From: Eledone cirrhosa
Taxonomy: Eukaryota
Assembly: GCA_964016885.1 (NCBI GenBank)
Contig: OZ024741.1
Coordinates: 384,462,001 to 384,526,000, forward strand
Length of the DNA: 64,000 bases
Reading direction: 5' to 3'
The notes under the pieces are model-generated. The model saw only the letters and a program-made list of their open reading frames with translations, made no database searches and was not told the origin of the DNA. Below are positions 27,353 to 41,600 of this stretch, in pieces (positions within the stretch are counted from its first letter, which is position 1; the number at the start of each line of letters is the position of its first letter). A program made the position numbers and the translations under genes.

Positions 27353-27960
27353 TCAGGTCACCAGTTGGTGCTACTGGTAACATGTATCCCAGTACAACCT
27401 GTCTCATGGTCGGGTCGTTGGCGACTAAACTGGCAACCCCACCAAGGTTTCTTGGTGAGGAGGGTGACTTTGAACATCCTGCAGGACTAAAAACAAAACC
27501 TGTCAAAAGGCAAAGGAGCTCTTAAGAGTCAATGGCCATCCAAAATCACTGGGAGAGATGACCCCTTAGCCTTTGTCAAGGCAGAATTCTAGGAGAAGGA
27601 AAACTCTGATATAACACCTGCAACCCTGATGGTATCCAATGATGTTGACTTGTTCTTCTTTTTGGTAAATATCATCTTGGTTAAGAGAGTGGGACTGGCT
27701 TTGTGCAGTGCCTTTGCTCACTATAAAAGCTTCACGGCACAGGCATTGCTTTGTATCTGGAGATCTCTCTGCACTTGTCGTCACATGGCACCAAAGGTAA
27801 AGCACTATGTGTCAATAATTGTCACAAGTGTAGTGTTTGTACCAGAGTTTTCAAGTCGCTGGCTGGACTAAAAAGTCACACTCGTTCAGCGCATCGGTAG
27901 GGGTTCTCCTACATGGATATAAAGTGGTGGCCGTACTCGAAAACGAGTTGGCAGCCACCA
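27353..27960 (+). mobile_element. Bipartite non-autonomous RTE derivative, copy 1
   Basis: 5' part resembles the RTE 5'UTR at ~6580-6650; 3' part encodes CHKCSVCTRVFKSLAGLKSHTRSAH (RTE-type C2H2 end), then stem-loop GGTGGC..ACTCG-AAAA-CGAGT..GCCACC; embedded in (TATG)n. Confidence 0.8.
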
Positions 27961-28120
27961 TGTATCTATCTATCTATGTGTATGCATGTACGTACGTATG
28001 AATGTATGTATGTACGTATGTATCTATATGTATGTACGTATGTATGTATGTATGTATGTATGTATGTATGTATGTATCTGTATGTATGTATGTATGTATG
28101 TATGTATGTATGTATGTATG

Positions 28121-28357
28121 TTATCTCTTTCTCTTAATTTCGAATATATTTTTTTGACCGGCCACCTTCCTGGTGGCAAGGTTGGAAAAGAAAAGAAATT
28201 GTCATCCCTTGAATCGCAAGATTGTTTTGCAAATTTTGAAGGTGCAAGCTGTCGCATCCATTTGTAGACTATGAATTAGGGAGCTGCGCTCTTTGTCCGC
28301 AAATCCAAGTTCAGTCATACTTTGGTCCAAGCGGGTTGGTATATAATCCGTAGCTCC

Positions 28358-28359
<2 letters not shown>
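28121..28359 (-). mobile_element. 3' end of an RLE-type non-LTR retrotransposon (R4/Dong-like)
   Basis: Minus translation YGATDYIPTRLDQSMTELGF...IHSLQ...CTFKICKTILRFKG* resembles the GALGxxP...LG...Q...KICK C-terminus after the RLE domain; short 3'UTR; flanked by (TATG)n. Confidence 0.6.
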
Positions 28360-28388
<29 letters not shown>

Positions 28389-28434
28389 TGTATGTATGTA
28401 TGTATGTATGTATGTATGTATGTATGTATGTATG

Positions 28435-29039
28435 TCAGGTCACCAATTGGTGCTACTGGTAACATGTATCCCAGTAAAACCTGTCCCATGGTCGGGTCGT
28501 TGGCGACTAAACTGGCAACCCCACCAAAGTTTCTTGGTGAGGAGGGTGACTTTGGACATCCTGCAGGACTAAAAACGAAACCTGTCAAAGGGCAAAGGAG
28601 CTCTTAAGAGTCAATGGCCATCCAAAATCACCGGGAGAGATGACCCCTTAGCCTTTGTCAGGGCAGAATTCTAGGAGAAGGAAAACTCTGATATAACACC
28701 TGCAACCCTGATGGTATCCAATGATGTTGACTTGTTCTTCTTTTTGGTAAATATCATCTTGGTTAAGAGAGTGGGACTGGCTTTGTGCAGTGCCTTTGCT
28801 CACTATGAAAGCTTCACGGCACAGGCATTGCTTTGTATCTGGAGATCTCTCTGCACTTGTCGTCACATGGTACAATGGGCCCAGCACTGTGTCAATAATT
28901 GTCACAAGTGTAGTGTTTGTACCAGAGTTTTCAAGTCGCTGGCTGGACTAAAAAGTCACACTCGTCAGCGCATCGGTAGGCGTTCTCCTACATGGATATA
29001 AAGTAGTGGCCGTACTCGAAAACGAGTTGGCAGCCACCA
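28435..29039 (+). mobile_element. Bipartite non-autonomous RTE derivative, copy 2
   Basis: Near-identical to 27353-27960 (offset 1082), also in (TATG)n. Confidence 0.8.
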
Positions 29040-29689
29040 TGTATGTATGTATGTATGTATGTATCTATATGTATGTATGTATGTACGTATGCATGTATGT
29101 ATGTATGTATGTATGTATGTATGTATGTATGTATGTATGTATGTATCTATATGTATGTATGTACGTATGCATGTATGTATTAATGTATGTATGTATCTAT
29201 CTATATGTGAGTATGTATCCTAACACTATAGCTACTGTTCCTAATATACAGAGCAGAGCATATCGACTTTTCAAAGGACACACATGCATTAATAGAAACT
29301 TCTAGAATTGAATCGACTGACATGAAAAGTTACATGCGGTGAAGCAATTTGTCTAACAGGATGTCGTAATAGAAGACCGTATTGATACCACTATATAGAA
29401 GCACAGCTGCCCATGCCATACACATTATTAGCATGCATATCCCTATATCAGATCGGTAGATCGAATGACCAGCAGAGAATAACCCGGAGTTAAGACATTC
29501 GACACCATTCGCTCTATAGACTCGTTTACCTGGAACATATTACATTGCAAATATATTATGACAATTCATTTCCCCCGCCGCCGCATCAGCATTTATATGT
29601 GTGGGCGGCAGGGGGAGGGGTGATTGAGTGAGATGTATATATATATATATATCAATTGTTGCGTATGTGTCTGTGAGTACGTGTTTTCT

Positions 29690-32600
29690 GTGTATGGACA
29701 ATGTATGTGTGTGAATGGTGTATGTGTGGGGATGTTGTATGTGTGTGGATTGTGTATGTGTGTGGAGGGTGTATGTGTGTGGAGGGTGTATGTGTGTGGA
29801 TGTTGTATGTGTGTGGATGGTTTATGTGTGTGGAGGGTGTATCTATGTAGACGTTGTATGTGGGTGGAGGGTGTATGTGTGTGTATGTTGTATGTGTGGG
29901 GATGTTATGTGTGTGGAGGGTGTATGTGTGTGGATGGTGTATGTGTGTAGATGTTGTATGTGTGTGGATGTTGTATGTGTGTGGATGGTGTATGTGTGTG
30001 GATGGTGTGTGTGTGTGGATGGTGTATGTGTGTGGAGGGTGTATGTGTGTGGAGGGTGTATGTGTGTGGATGGTGTATGTGTGTGGAGGGTGTATGTGTG
30101 TGGAGGGTGTATGTGTGTGGAGGGTGTATGTGTGTGGAGGGTGTATGTGTGTGGATGTTGTATGTGTGTGGATGGTTTATGTGTGTGGAGGGTGTATCTA
30201 TGTAGACGTTGTATGTGGGTGGAGGGTGTATGTGTGTGTATGTTGTATGTGTGGGGATGTTATATGTGTGTGGAGGGTGTATGTGTGTGGATGGTGTATG
30301 TGTGTAGATGTTGTATGTGTGTGGATGTTGTATGTGTGTGGATGGTGTATGTGTGTGGATGGTGTGTGTGTGTGGATGGTGTATGTGTGTGGAGGGTGTA
30401 TGTGTGTGGAGGGTGTATGTGTGTGGATGGTGTATGTGTGTGGAGGGTGTATGTGTGTGGAGGGTGTATGTGTGTGGAGGGTGTATGTGTGTGTGGAGGG
30501 TGTATGTGTGTAGACGTTGTATGTGTGTGGATGGTGTATATGGGTGGAGGGTGTATGTGTGTGGATGTTGTATGTGTGTGGGTGGTGTTTGTGTGTAGAT
30601 GTTGTATGTGTGTGGATGGTGTATGTGTGTAGATGTTTTATGTGTGTGAATGGTGTATGTGTGTAAATGTTGTATGTGTGTGGATGTTGTATGTGTGTGG
30701 AGGGTGTATGTGTGTGGATGTTATATGTGTGGATGGTGTATGTGTGTGGATGGTGTATGTGTGTAGATGTTGTATGTGTGTGGAGGGTGTCTGTGTGTGG
30801 ATGTTGTATGTGTGTGGATGTTGTCTGTGTGTTAATGTTGTATGTGTGTGGATAGTGTATGTGTGGGGATGGTGTATGTGTGTGGATGGTGTATGTGTGT
30901 GGATGTTGTATGTGTGTGGAGGGTGTCTGTGTGTGGATGGTGTATGTGTGTGGATGGTGTCTGTGTGTGGATGGTGTATGTGTGTGGATGGTGTCTGTGT
31001 GTGGATGGTGTATGTGTGTGGATGGTGTATGTGTGTGGTCGTTGTATGTGTGGGGATGGTGTCTGTGTGTGGATGGTGTCTGTGTGTGGATGGTGTCTGT
31101 GTGTGGATGGTGTATGTGTGTGGAGGGTGTATGTGTGTGGAGGGTGTCTGTGTGTGGATGGTGTATGTGTGTGGATGTTGTATGTGTGTGGATGGTGTCT
31201 GTGTGTGGATGGTGTATGTGTGTGGATGGTGTATGTGTGTGGATGGTGTATGTGTGTGGATGTTGTATGTGTGTAGATGGTGTATGTGTGTGGATGGTGT
31301 CTGTGTGTGGATGGTGTATGTGTGTGGAGGGTGTATGTGTGTGGAGGGTGTCTGTGTGTGGATGGTGTATGTGTGTGGAGGGTGTATGTGTGTGGATGGT
31401 GTATGTGTGTGGATGTTGTATGTGTGTGGATGTTGTATGTGTGTGGATGGTGTCTGTGTGTGGATGGTGTATGTGTGTGGATGGTGTATGTGTGTGGATG
31501 GTGTATGTGTGTGGATGTTGTATGTGTGTGGATGGTGTATGTGTGTAGATGGTGTATGTGTGTGGATGGTGTCTGTGTGTGGATGGTGTCTGTGTGTGGA
31601 TGGTGTATGTGTGTGGAGGGTGTATGTGTGTGGAGGGTGTCTGTGTGTGGATGGTGTATGTGTGTGGAGGGTGTCTGTGTGTGGATGTTGTATGTGTGTG
31701 GATGCTGTGTGTGTGTGGATGTTGTATGTGTGTGAATGGTGTATGTGTGGGGATGTTGTATGTGTGTGGATGGTGTATGTGTGTGGATGTTGTATGTGTG
31801 TGGATGTTGTATGTGTGTGGATGGTGTATGTGTGTAGATGTTTATGTGTATGGATGGTGTATGTGTGTGGATGTTGTATGTGTGTGGAGGGTGTATGTGT
31901 GTGGATGTTGTATGTGTGTGGATGGTATATGTGTGTGGATGCTGTGTGTGTGTGGATGATGTATGTGTGTGAATGGTGTATGTGTGGGGATGTTGTATGT
32001 GTGTGGATGGTGTATGTGTGTGGATGTTGTATGTGTGTGGATGTTGTATGTGTGTGGATGTCATATGTGTGTGGATGGTGTATGTGTGTGGATGGTTTAC
32101 ATCTGTGGATGGTGTATGTGTGTGGATGGTGTATGTGTGTAGATGTTTTATGTGTGTGAATGGTGTATGTGTGTAAATGTTGTATGTGTGTGGATGTTGT
32201 ATGTGTGTGGAGGGTGTATGTGTGTGGATGTTATGTGTGGATGGTGTATGTCTGTGGATGGTGTATGTGTGTAGATGTTGTATGTGTGTGGAGGGTGTCT
32301 GTGTGTGGATGTTGTATGTGTGTGGATGTTGTCTGTGTGTTAATGTTGTATGTGTGTGGATAGTGTATGTGTGGGGATGGTGTATGTGTGTGGATGGTGT
32401 ATGTGTGTGGATGTTGTATATGTGTGGATGGTGTATGTGTGTGGATGGTGTATGTGTGTGGATGGTGTATGTGTGTAGATATTGTATGTGTGTGGAGGGT
32501 GTATGTGTGTGGAGGGTGTATGTGTGTGGATGTTGTATGTGTGTGGATGGTTTATGTGTGTGGAGGGTGTATCTATGTAGACGTTGTATGTGGGTGGAGG

Positions 32601-35600
32601 GTGTATGTGTGTGTATGTTGTATGTGTGGGGATGTTATATGTGTGTGGAGGGTGTATGTGTGTGGATGGTGTATGTGTGTAGATGTTGTATGTGTGTGGA
32701 TGTTGTATGTGTGTGGATGGTGTATGTGTGTGGATGGTGTGTGTGTGTGGATGGTGTATGTGTGTGGAGGGTGTATGTGTGTGGAGGGTGTATGTGTGTG
32801 GATGGTGTATGTGTGTGGAGGGTGTATGTGTGTGGAGGGTGTATGTGTGTGGAGGGTGTATGTGTGTGGAGGGTGTATGTGTGTGGATGTTGTATGTGTG
32901 TGGATGGTTTATGTGTGTGGAGGGTGTATCTATGTAGACGTTGTATGTGGGTGGAGGGTGTATGTGTGTGTATGTTGTATGTGTGGGGATGTTATATGTG
33001 TGTGGAGGGTGTATGTGTGTGGATGGTGTATGTGTGTAGATGTTGTATGTGTGTGGATGTTGTATGTGTGTGGATGGTGTATGTGTGTGGATGGTGTGTG
33101 TGTGTGGATGGTGTATGTGTGTGGAGGGTGTATGTGTGTGGAGGGTGTATGTGTGTGGATGGTGTATGTGTGTGGAGGGTGTATGTGTGTGGAGGGTGTA
33201 TGTGTGTGGAGGGTGTATGTGTGTGGAGGGTGTATGTGTGTAGACGTTGTATGTGTGTGGATGGTGTATGTGGGTGGAGGGTGTATGTGTGTGGATGTTG
33301 TATGTGTGTGGGTGGTGTTTGTGTGTAGATGTTGTATGTGTGTGGATGGTGTATGTGTGTAGATGTTTTATGTGTGTGAATGGTGTATGTGTGTAAATGT
33401 TGTATGTGTGTGGATGTTGTATGTGTGTGGATGGTGTCTGTGTGTGGATGGTGTATGTGTGTGGATGGTGTATGTGTGTGGATGGTGTATGTGTGTAGAT
33501 GTTGTATGTGTGTGGAGGGTGTCTGTGTGTGGATGTTGTATGTGTGTGGATGTTGTCTGTGTGTTAATGTTGTATGTGTGTGGATAGTGTATGTGTGGGG
33601 ATGGTGTATGTGTGTGGATGGTGTATGTGTGTGGATGTTGTATGTGTGTGGAGGGTGTCTGTGTGTGGATGTTGTATGTGTGTGGATGTTGTCTGTGTGT
33701 TAATGTTGTATGTGTGTGGATAGTGTATGTGTGGGGATGGTGTATGTGTGTGGATGGTGTTTGTGTGTGGATGTTTTATGTGTGTGGATGGTATCTGTGT
33801 GTGGATGGTGTATGTGTGTGGATGGTGTATGTGTGTAGATATTGTATGTGTTTGTAGGGTGTATGTGTGTAGATGTGTATGTGTGTGCATGGTGTATGTG
33901 TGTGGACGTTGTATATGTGTGGATTGTGTATGTGTGTGGAGGGTGTATGTGTTTGGATGTTTTATGTGTGTGGATGGTGTGTGTGTGTGGATTGTGTATG
34001 TGTGTGGATGGTGTATGTGTGTGGATGTTGTATGTGTGTGGATGTTGTATGTGTGTGAATGTTGTATGTGTGTGGACGTTGTATGTTTGTGGATGGTGTA
34101 TGTGTGGGGATGGTGTATGTGTGTGGATGGTGTATGTATGGATGGTGTCTGTGTGTGGATGGTGTATGTGTGTGGAGGGTGTATGTGTGTGGATGGTGCA
34201 TGTGTGTGGAGGGTGTATGTGTGTGGATGTTGTATGTGTGTGGATGTTGTCTGTGTGTTAATGTTGTATGTGTGTGGAGGGTGCATGTGTGTGGATGGTG
34301 TATGTGTGTGGATGTTGTATGTGTGTGGATGGTGTCTGTGTGTGGATGGTGTATGTGTGTGGATGGTGTATGTGTGTGGATGGTGTCTGTGTGTGGATGG
34401 TGTCTGTGTGTAGATGTTGTATGTGTGTGGAGGGTGTATGCGTGTGGATGGTGCATGTGTGTGGAGGGTGTATGTGTGTAGATGTTTATGTGTATGGATG
34501 GTGTATGTGTGTAGATGTTGTATGTGTGTGGATGTTTTATGTGTGTGGATGGTGTGTGTGTGTGGATTGTGTATGTGTGTGGATGGTGTATGTGTGTGGA
34601 TGTTGTATGTGTGTGGATGGTATATGTGTGTGGAGGGTGTATGTGTGTGGATGTTGTTTTTGTGTCGATGTTGTATGTGTGTGGATGTTGTATGTGTGTG
34701 GATGGTATATGTGTGTTGATGGTGTATGTGTGTGGATGGTATATGTGTGTGGATGCTGTGTGTGTGTGGATGTTGTATGTGTGTGAATGGTGTATGTGTG
34801 TTGATGGTGTATGTGTGTGGATGGTGTATGTGTGTGGATGTTGTATGTGTGTGGATGGTGTATGTGTGTGGAGGGTGTATGTGTGTGGATGTTGTATGTG
34901 AGTGCATGGTGTATGTGTGGGGATGGTGTATGTGTGTGGATGGTGGATGTGTGTAGATGTTGTATGTGTGTGGATGTTGTATGTGTGTGGATGGTTTCTG
35001 TGTGTGGATGGTGTGCGTGTGTAGATGTTTATGTGTGTGGATGGTGTATGTGTGTGGATGATGTATGTGTGGGGATGGTGTATGTGTGTGGATGTTGTAT
35101 GTGTGTAGATGTTGTATGTGTGTGGGGGGTGTATGTGTGTGGATGGTGTATGTGTGTGGAGGGTGTATGTGTGTAGATGTTGTATGTGTGTGGATGGTGT
35201 ATGTGTGTGGATGTTGTATGTGTGTGGAGGGTGTATGTGTGTGGATGTTGTATGTGTGTGGATGGTATATGTGTGTGGATGCTGTGTGTGTGTGGATGTT
35301 GTATGTGTGTGAATGGTGTATGTGTGGGGATGTTGTATGTGTGTGGATGGTGTATGTGTGTGGATGTTGTATGTGTGTGGATGTTGTATGTGTGTGGATG
35401 TCATATGTGTGTGGATGGTGTATGTGTGTGGATGGTTTACATCTGTGGATGTTGTATGTGTGTGAATGGTGTATGTGTGTGGATGGTGTATGTGTGTAGA
35501 TGTTTTATGTGTGTGAATGGTGTATGTGTGTAAATGTTGTATGTGTGTGGATGTTGTATGTGTGTGGAGGGTGTATGTGTGTGGATGTTATATGTGTGGA

Positions 35601-38600
35601 TGTTGTATGTGTGTGGAGGGTGTATGTGTGTAGATGTTGTATGTGTGTGGAGGGTGTCTGTGTGTGGATGTTGTATGTGTGTGGATGTTGTCTGTGTGTT
35701 AATGTTGTATGTGTGTGGATAGTGTATGTGTGGGGATGGTGTATGTGTGTGGATGGTGTATGTGTGTGGATGTTGTATATGTGTGGATGGTGTATGTGTG
35801 TGGATGGTGTATGTGTGTGGATGGTGTATGTGTGTAGATATTGTATGTGTTTGGAGGGTGTATGTGTGTAGATGTGTATGTGTGTGGATGTTGTATGTGT
35901 GTGGATGGTGTATGTGTGTGGATGTTTTATGTGTGTGGATGGTGTGTGTGTGTGGATTGTGTATGTGTGTGGATGGTGTATGTGTGTGGATGGTGTCTGT
36001 GTGTGGATGGTGTCTGTGTGTGGATAGTGTATGTGTGGGGATGGTGTCTGTGTGTGGATGGTGTATGTGTGTGGAATTTGTATGTGTGTGGAGGGTGTAT
36101 GTGTGTGGAGGGTGTATGTGTGTGGATGGTGTATGTGTGTGGAGGGTGTATGTGTGTGGATGGTGTATGTGTGTGGATGGTGTCTGTGTGTGGGTGTTGT
36201 ATGTGTGTGGATGGTGTATGTGTGTGGATGGTCTCTGTGTGTGGATGGTGTATGTGTGTGGAATTTGTATGTGTGTGGAGGGTGTATGTGTGTGGAGGGT
36301 GTATGTGTGTGGATGGTGTATGTGTGTGGAGGGTGTATGTGTGTGGATGGTGTATGTGTGTGGATGGTGTCTGTGTGTTAATGTTGTATGTGTGTGGAGG
36401 GTGTATGTGTGTGGATGGTGTATGTATGTGGAGGGTGTATGTGTGTGGATGGTGTATGTGTGTGGATGGTGTCTGTGTGTTAATGTTGTATGTGTGTGGA
36501 GGGTGTATGTGTGTGGATGGTGTATGTGTGTGGAGGGTGTATGTGTGTGGATGGTGTATGTGTGTAGATGGTGTCTGTGTGTTAATGTTGTATGTGTGTG
36601 GATGGTGTATGTGTGTGGATGGTCTCTGTGTGTGGATGGTGTATGTGTGTGGAATTTGTATGTGTGTGGAGGGTGTATGTGTGTGGAGGGTGTATGTGTG
36701 TGGATGGTGTATGTGTGTGGAGGGTGTATGTGTGTGGATGGTGTCTGTGTGTTAATGTTGTATGTGTGTGGAGGGTGTATGTGTGTGGATGGTGTATGTG
36801 TGTGGATGTTGTCTGTGTGTGGGTGTTGTATGTGTGTGGATGGTGTATGTGTGTGGATGGTGTCTGTGTGTTAATGTTGTATGTGTGTGGAGGGTGTATG
36901 TGTGTGGATGGTGTATGTGTGTGGATGGTGTCTGTGTGTGGGTGTTGTATGTGTGTGGATGGTGTATGTGTGTGGATGGTCTCTGTGTGTGGATGGTGTA
37001 TGTGTGTGGAATTTGTATGTGTGTGGATGGTGTCTGTGTGTGGATGGTGTATGTGTGTGGATGGTGTATGTGTGTGGATGGTGTCTGTGTGTGGATGGTG
37101 TCTGTGTGTAGATGTTGTATGTGTGTGGATGGTGTATGTGTGTGGATGGTGTCTGTGTGTGGATGGTGTCTGTGTGTGGATGTTGTATGTGTGTGGATGG
37201 TGTCTGTGTGTGGATGGTGTATGTGTGTGGATGTTGTATGTGTGTGGATGGTGTCTGTGTGTGGATGGTGTATGTGTGTGGATGGTGTATGTGTGTGGAT
37301 GGTGTCTGTGTGTGGATGGTGTCTGTGTGTGGATGGTGTCTGTGTGTAGATGTTTTATGTGTGTGGAGGGTGTCTGTGTGTGGATGGTGTATGTGAGTGG
37401 ATGTTGTATGTGTGTGGATGGTGTATGTGTGTGGATGGTGTATGTGAGTGGATGTTGTATGTGTGTGGAGGGTGTATGTGTGTAGATGTTTATGTGTATG
37501 GATGGTGTATGTGTGTAGATGTTGTATGTGTGTGGAGCGTGTCTGTGTGTAGATGTTGTATGTGTGTGGAGGGTGTATGTGTGTGGATGGTGTATGTGTG
37601 TGGATGTTGTATGTGAGTGGATGTTGTATGTGTGTGGATGGTGTATGTGTGTAGTTATTGTATGTGTGTGGAGGGTGTATGTGTGTAGATGTTTATGTGT
37701 ATGGATGGTGTATGTGTGTAGATGTTGTATGTGTGTGGATGTTTTATGTGTGTGGATGGTGTGTGTGTGTGGATTGTGTATGTGTGTGGATGGTGTATGT
37801 GTGTGGATGGTGTATGTGTGTGGATGGTGTGTGTGTGTGGATTGTGTATGTGTGTAGATGTTGTATGTGTGTGGATGTTGTATGTGTGTGTATGTTGTAT
37901 GTGTGTGAATGTTGTATGTGTGTGGATGGTGTCTGTGTGTGGATGGTATATGTGTGTTGATGGTGTATGTGTGTGGAGGGTGTATGTGTGTGGATGGTGT
38001 ATGTGTGTGGATGTTGTATGTGTGTGGAGGGTGTATGTGTGTGGAGGGTGTATGTGTGTGGATGTTGTATGTGTGTGGATGGTGTATGTGTGTGGAGGGT
38101 GTATGTGTGTGGATGGTGTATGTGTGTGGATGTTGTATGTGTGTAGATGTTGTATGTGTGTGGATGGTGTATGTGTGTGGATGTTGTATGTGTGTGGATG
38201 GTGTATGTGTGTGGAGGGTGTATGTGTGTGGAGGGTGTATGTGAGTGCATGGTGTATGTGTGGGGATGGTGTATGTGTGTGTATGGTGGATGTGTGTAGA
38301 TGTTGTATGTGTGTGGATGTTGTATGTGTGTGGATGGTTTCTGTGTGTGGATGGTGTGCGTGTGTAGATGTTTATGTGTGTGGATGGTGTATGTGTGTAG
38401 ATGTTGTATGTGTGTGGATGTTTTATGTGTGTGGATGGTGTGTGTGTGTGGATTGTGTATGTGTGTGGATGGTGTATGTGTGTGGATGTTGTATGTGTGT
38501 GGATGTTGTATGTGTGTGAATGTTGTATGTGTGTGGATGTTGTATGTGTGTGGATGTTGTATGTGTGTGGAGGGTGTATGTGTGTGGAGGGTGTATGTGT

Positions 38601-41600
38601 GTGGAGGGTGTATGTGAGTGCATGGTGTATGTGTGGGGATGGTGTATGTGTGTGTATGGTGGATGTGTGTAGATGTTGTATGTGTGTGGATGTTGTATGT
38701 GTGTGGATGGTTTCTGTGTGTGGATGGTGTGCGTGTGTAGATGTTTATGTGTGTGGATGGTGTATGTGTGTAGATGTTGTATGTGTGTGGATGTTTTATG
38801 TGTGTGGATGGTGTGTGTGTGTGGATTGTGTATGTGTGTGGATGGTGTATGTGTGTGGATGTTGTATGTGTGTGGATGTTGTATGTGTGTGAATGTTGTA
38901 TGTGTGTGGATGTTGTATGTGTGTGGATGGTGTATGTGTGTGGAGGGTGTATGTGTGTGGAGGGTGTATGTGAGTGCATGGTGTATGTGTGGGGATGGTG
39001 TATGTGTGTGTATGGTGGATGTGTGTAGATGTTGTATGTGTGTGGATGTTGTATGTGTGTGGATGGTTTCTGTGTGTGGATGGTGTGCGTGTGTAGATGT
39101 TTATGTGTGTGGATGGTGTATGTGTGTGGATGATGTATGTGTGGGGATGGTGTATGTGTGTGGATGTTGTATGTGTGTAGATGTTGTATGTGTGTGGGGG
39201 GTGTATGTATGTGGATGGTGTATGTGTGTGGAGGGTGTATGTGTGTAGATGTTGTATGTGTGTGGATGGTGTATGTGTGTGGATGTTGTATGTGTGTGGA
39301 AGGTGTATGTGTGTGGATGTTGTATGTGTGTGGATGGTATATGTGTGTGGATGCTGTGTGTGTGTGGATGTTATATGTGTGTGAATGGTGTATGTGTGGG
39401 GATGTTGTATGTGTGTGGATGGTGTATGTGTGTGGATGTTGTATGTGTGTGGATGTTGTATGTGTGTGGATGTCATATGTGTGTGGATGGTGTATGTGTG
39501 TGGATGGTTTACATCTGTGGATGTTGTATGTGTGTGAATGGTGTATGTGTGTGGATGGTGTATGTGTGTAGATGTTTTATGTGTGTGAATGGTGTACGTG
39601 TGTAAATGTTGTATGTGTGTGGATGTTGTATGTGTGTGGAGGGTGTATGTGTGTGGATGTTATATGTGTGGATGGTGTATGTGTGTGGATGGTGTATGTG
39701 TGTAGATGTTGTATGTGTGTGGAGGGTGTCTGTGTGTGGATGTTGTATGTGTGTGGATGTTGTCTGTGTGTGGATGTTGTATATGTGTGGATGGTGTATG
39801 TGTGTGGATGGTGTATGTGTGTGGATGGTGTATGTGTGTAGATATTGTATGTGTTTGGAGGGTGTATGTGTGTAGATGTGTATGTGTGTGGATGGTGTAT
39901 GTGTGTGGATGGTGTATGTGTGTGGATGTTTTATGTGTGTGGATGGTGTGTGTGTGTGGATTGTGTATGTGTGTGGATGGTGTATGTGTGTGGATGGTGT
40001 CTGTGTGTGGATGGTGTCTGTGTGTGGATGGTGTCTGTGTGTGGATAGTGTATGTGTGGGGATGGTGTATGTGTGTGGATGGTGTATGTGTGTGGATGTT
40101 GTATGTGTGTGGATGTTGTATGTGTGTGGATGGTGTATGTGTGGGGATGGTGTATGTGTGTGGATGGTGTATGTGTGTGGATGTTGTATGTGTGTGGATG
40201 GTGTATGTGTGTGGATGGTGTATGTGTGTGGATGGTGTATGTGTGTGGATGTTGTCTGTGTGTGGATGGTGTATGTGTGTGGATGGTCTATGTGTGTGGA
40301 TGGTGTATGTGTGTAGATGTTGTATGTGAGTGGATGTTGTATGTGTGTGGATGGTGTCTGTGTGTGGATGGTGTATGTGTGTGGATGGTGTATGTGTGTG
40401 GATGGTGTATGTGTGTGGATGGTGTCTGTGTGTGGATGGTGTCTGTGTGTGGATGGTGTATGTGTGTGGATGGTGTATGTGTGTGGATGGTCTATGTGTG
40501 TGGATGGTGTATGTGTGTAGATGTTGTATGTGTGTGGAGGGTGTATGTGTGTGGATAGTGTTTGTGTGGGGATGGTGTATGTGTGTGGAGGGTGTATGTG
40601 TGTAGATGTTGTATGTGTGTGGAGGGTGTATGTGAGTGGATGTTGTATGTGTGTGGAGGGTGTATGTGTGTGGATGGTGTATGTGTGTCGATGTTGTATG
40701 TGTGTGAAGGGTGTATGTGTGTGGATGGTGTATGTGTGTAGATATTGTATGTGTGTGGAGGGTGTATGTGTGTAGATGTTTATGTGTATGGATGGTGTAT
40801 GTGTGTAGATGTTGTATGTGTGTGGAGGTTTTATGTGTGTGGATGGTGTGTGTGTGTGGATTGTGTATGTGTGTGGATGGTGTATGTGTGTGGATGTTGT
40901 ATGTGTGTGGAGGGTGTATGTGAGTGGATGTTGTATGTGTGTGGAGGGTGTATGTGTGTGGATGGTGTATGTGTGTGGAGGGTGTATGTGAGTGGATGTT
41001 GTATGTGTGTGGAGGGTGTATGTGTGTGGATGGTGTATGTGTGTAGATGTTGTATGTGTGTGAAGGGTGTATGTGTGTGGATGGTGTATGTGTGTAGATA
41101 TTGTATGTGTGTGGAGGGTGTATGTGTGTAGATGTTTATGTGTATGGATGGTGTATGTGTGTAGATGTTGTATGTGTGTGGAGGTTTTATGTGTGTGGAT
41201 GGTGTGTGTGTGTGGATTGTGTATGTGTGTGGATGGTGTATGTGTGTGGATGTTGTATGTGTGTGGATGTTGTATGTGTGTGAATGTTGTATGTGTGTGG
41301 ATGTTGTATGTGTGTGGATGGTGTATGTGTGTGGATGGTGTCTGTGTGTGGATGGTGTATGTGTGTGGAGGGTGTATGTGTGTGGATGGTGTATGTGTGT
41401 GGATGGTCTCTGTGTGTGGATGGTGTTTGTGTGTGGATTGTGTCTGTGTGTGGATGGAGTATGTGTGTGGATGGTGTGCGTGTGTAGATGTTTTTGTGTG
41501 TGGATGGTGTATGTGTGTGGATGATGTATGTGTGGGTATGGTGTATGTGTGTGGATGGTGTATGTGTGTGGATGGTGTCTGTGTGTGGATGGTCTATGTG

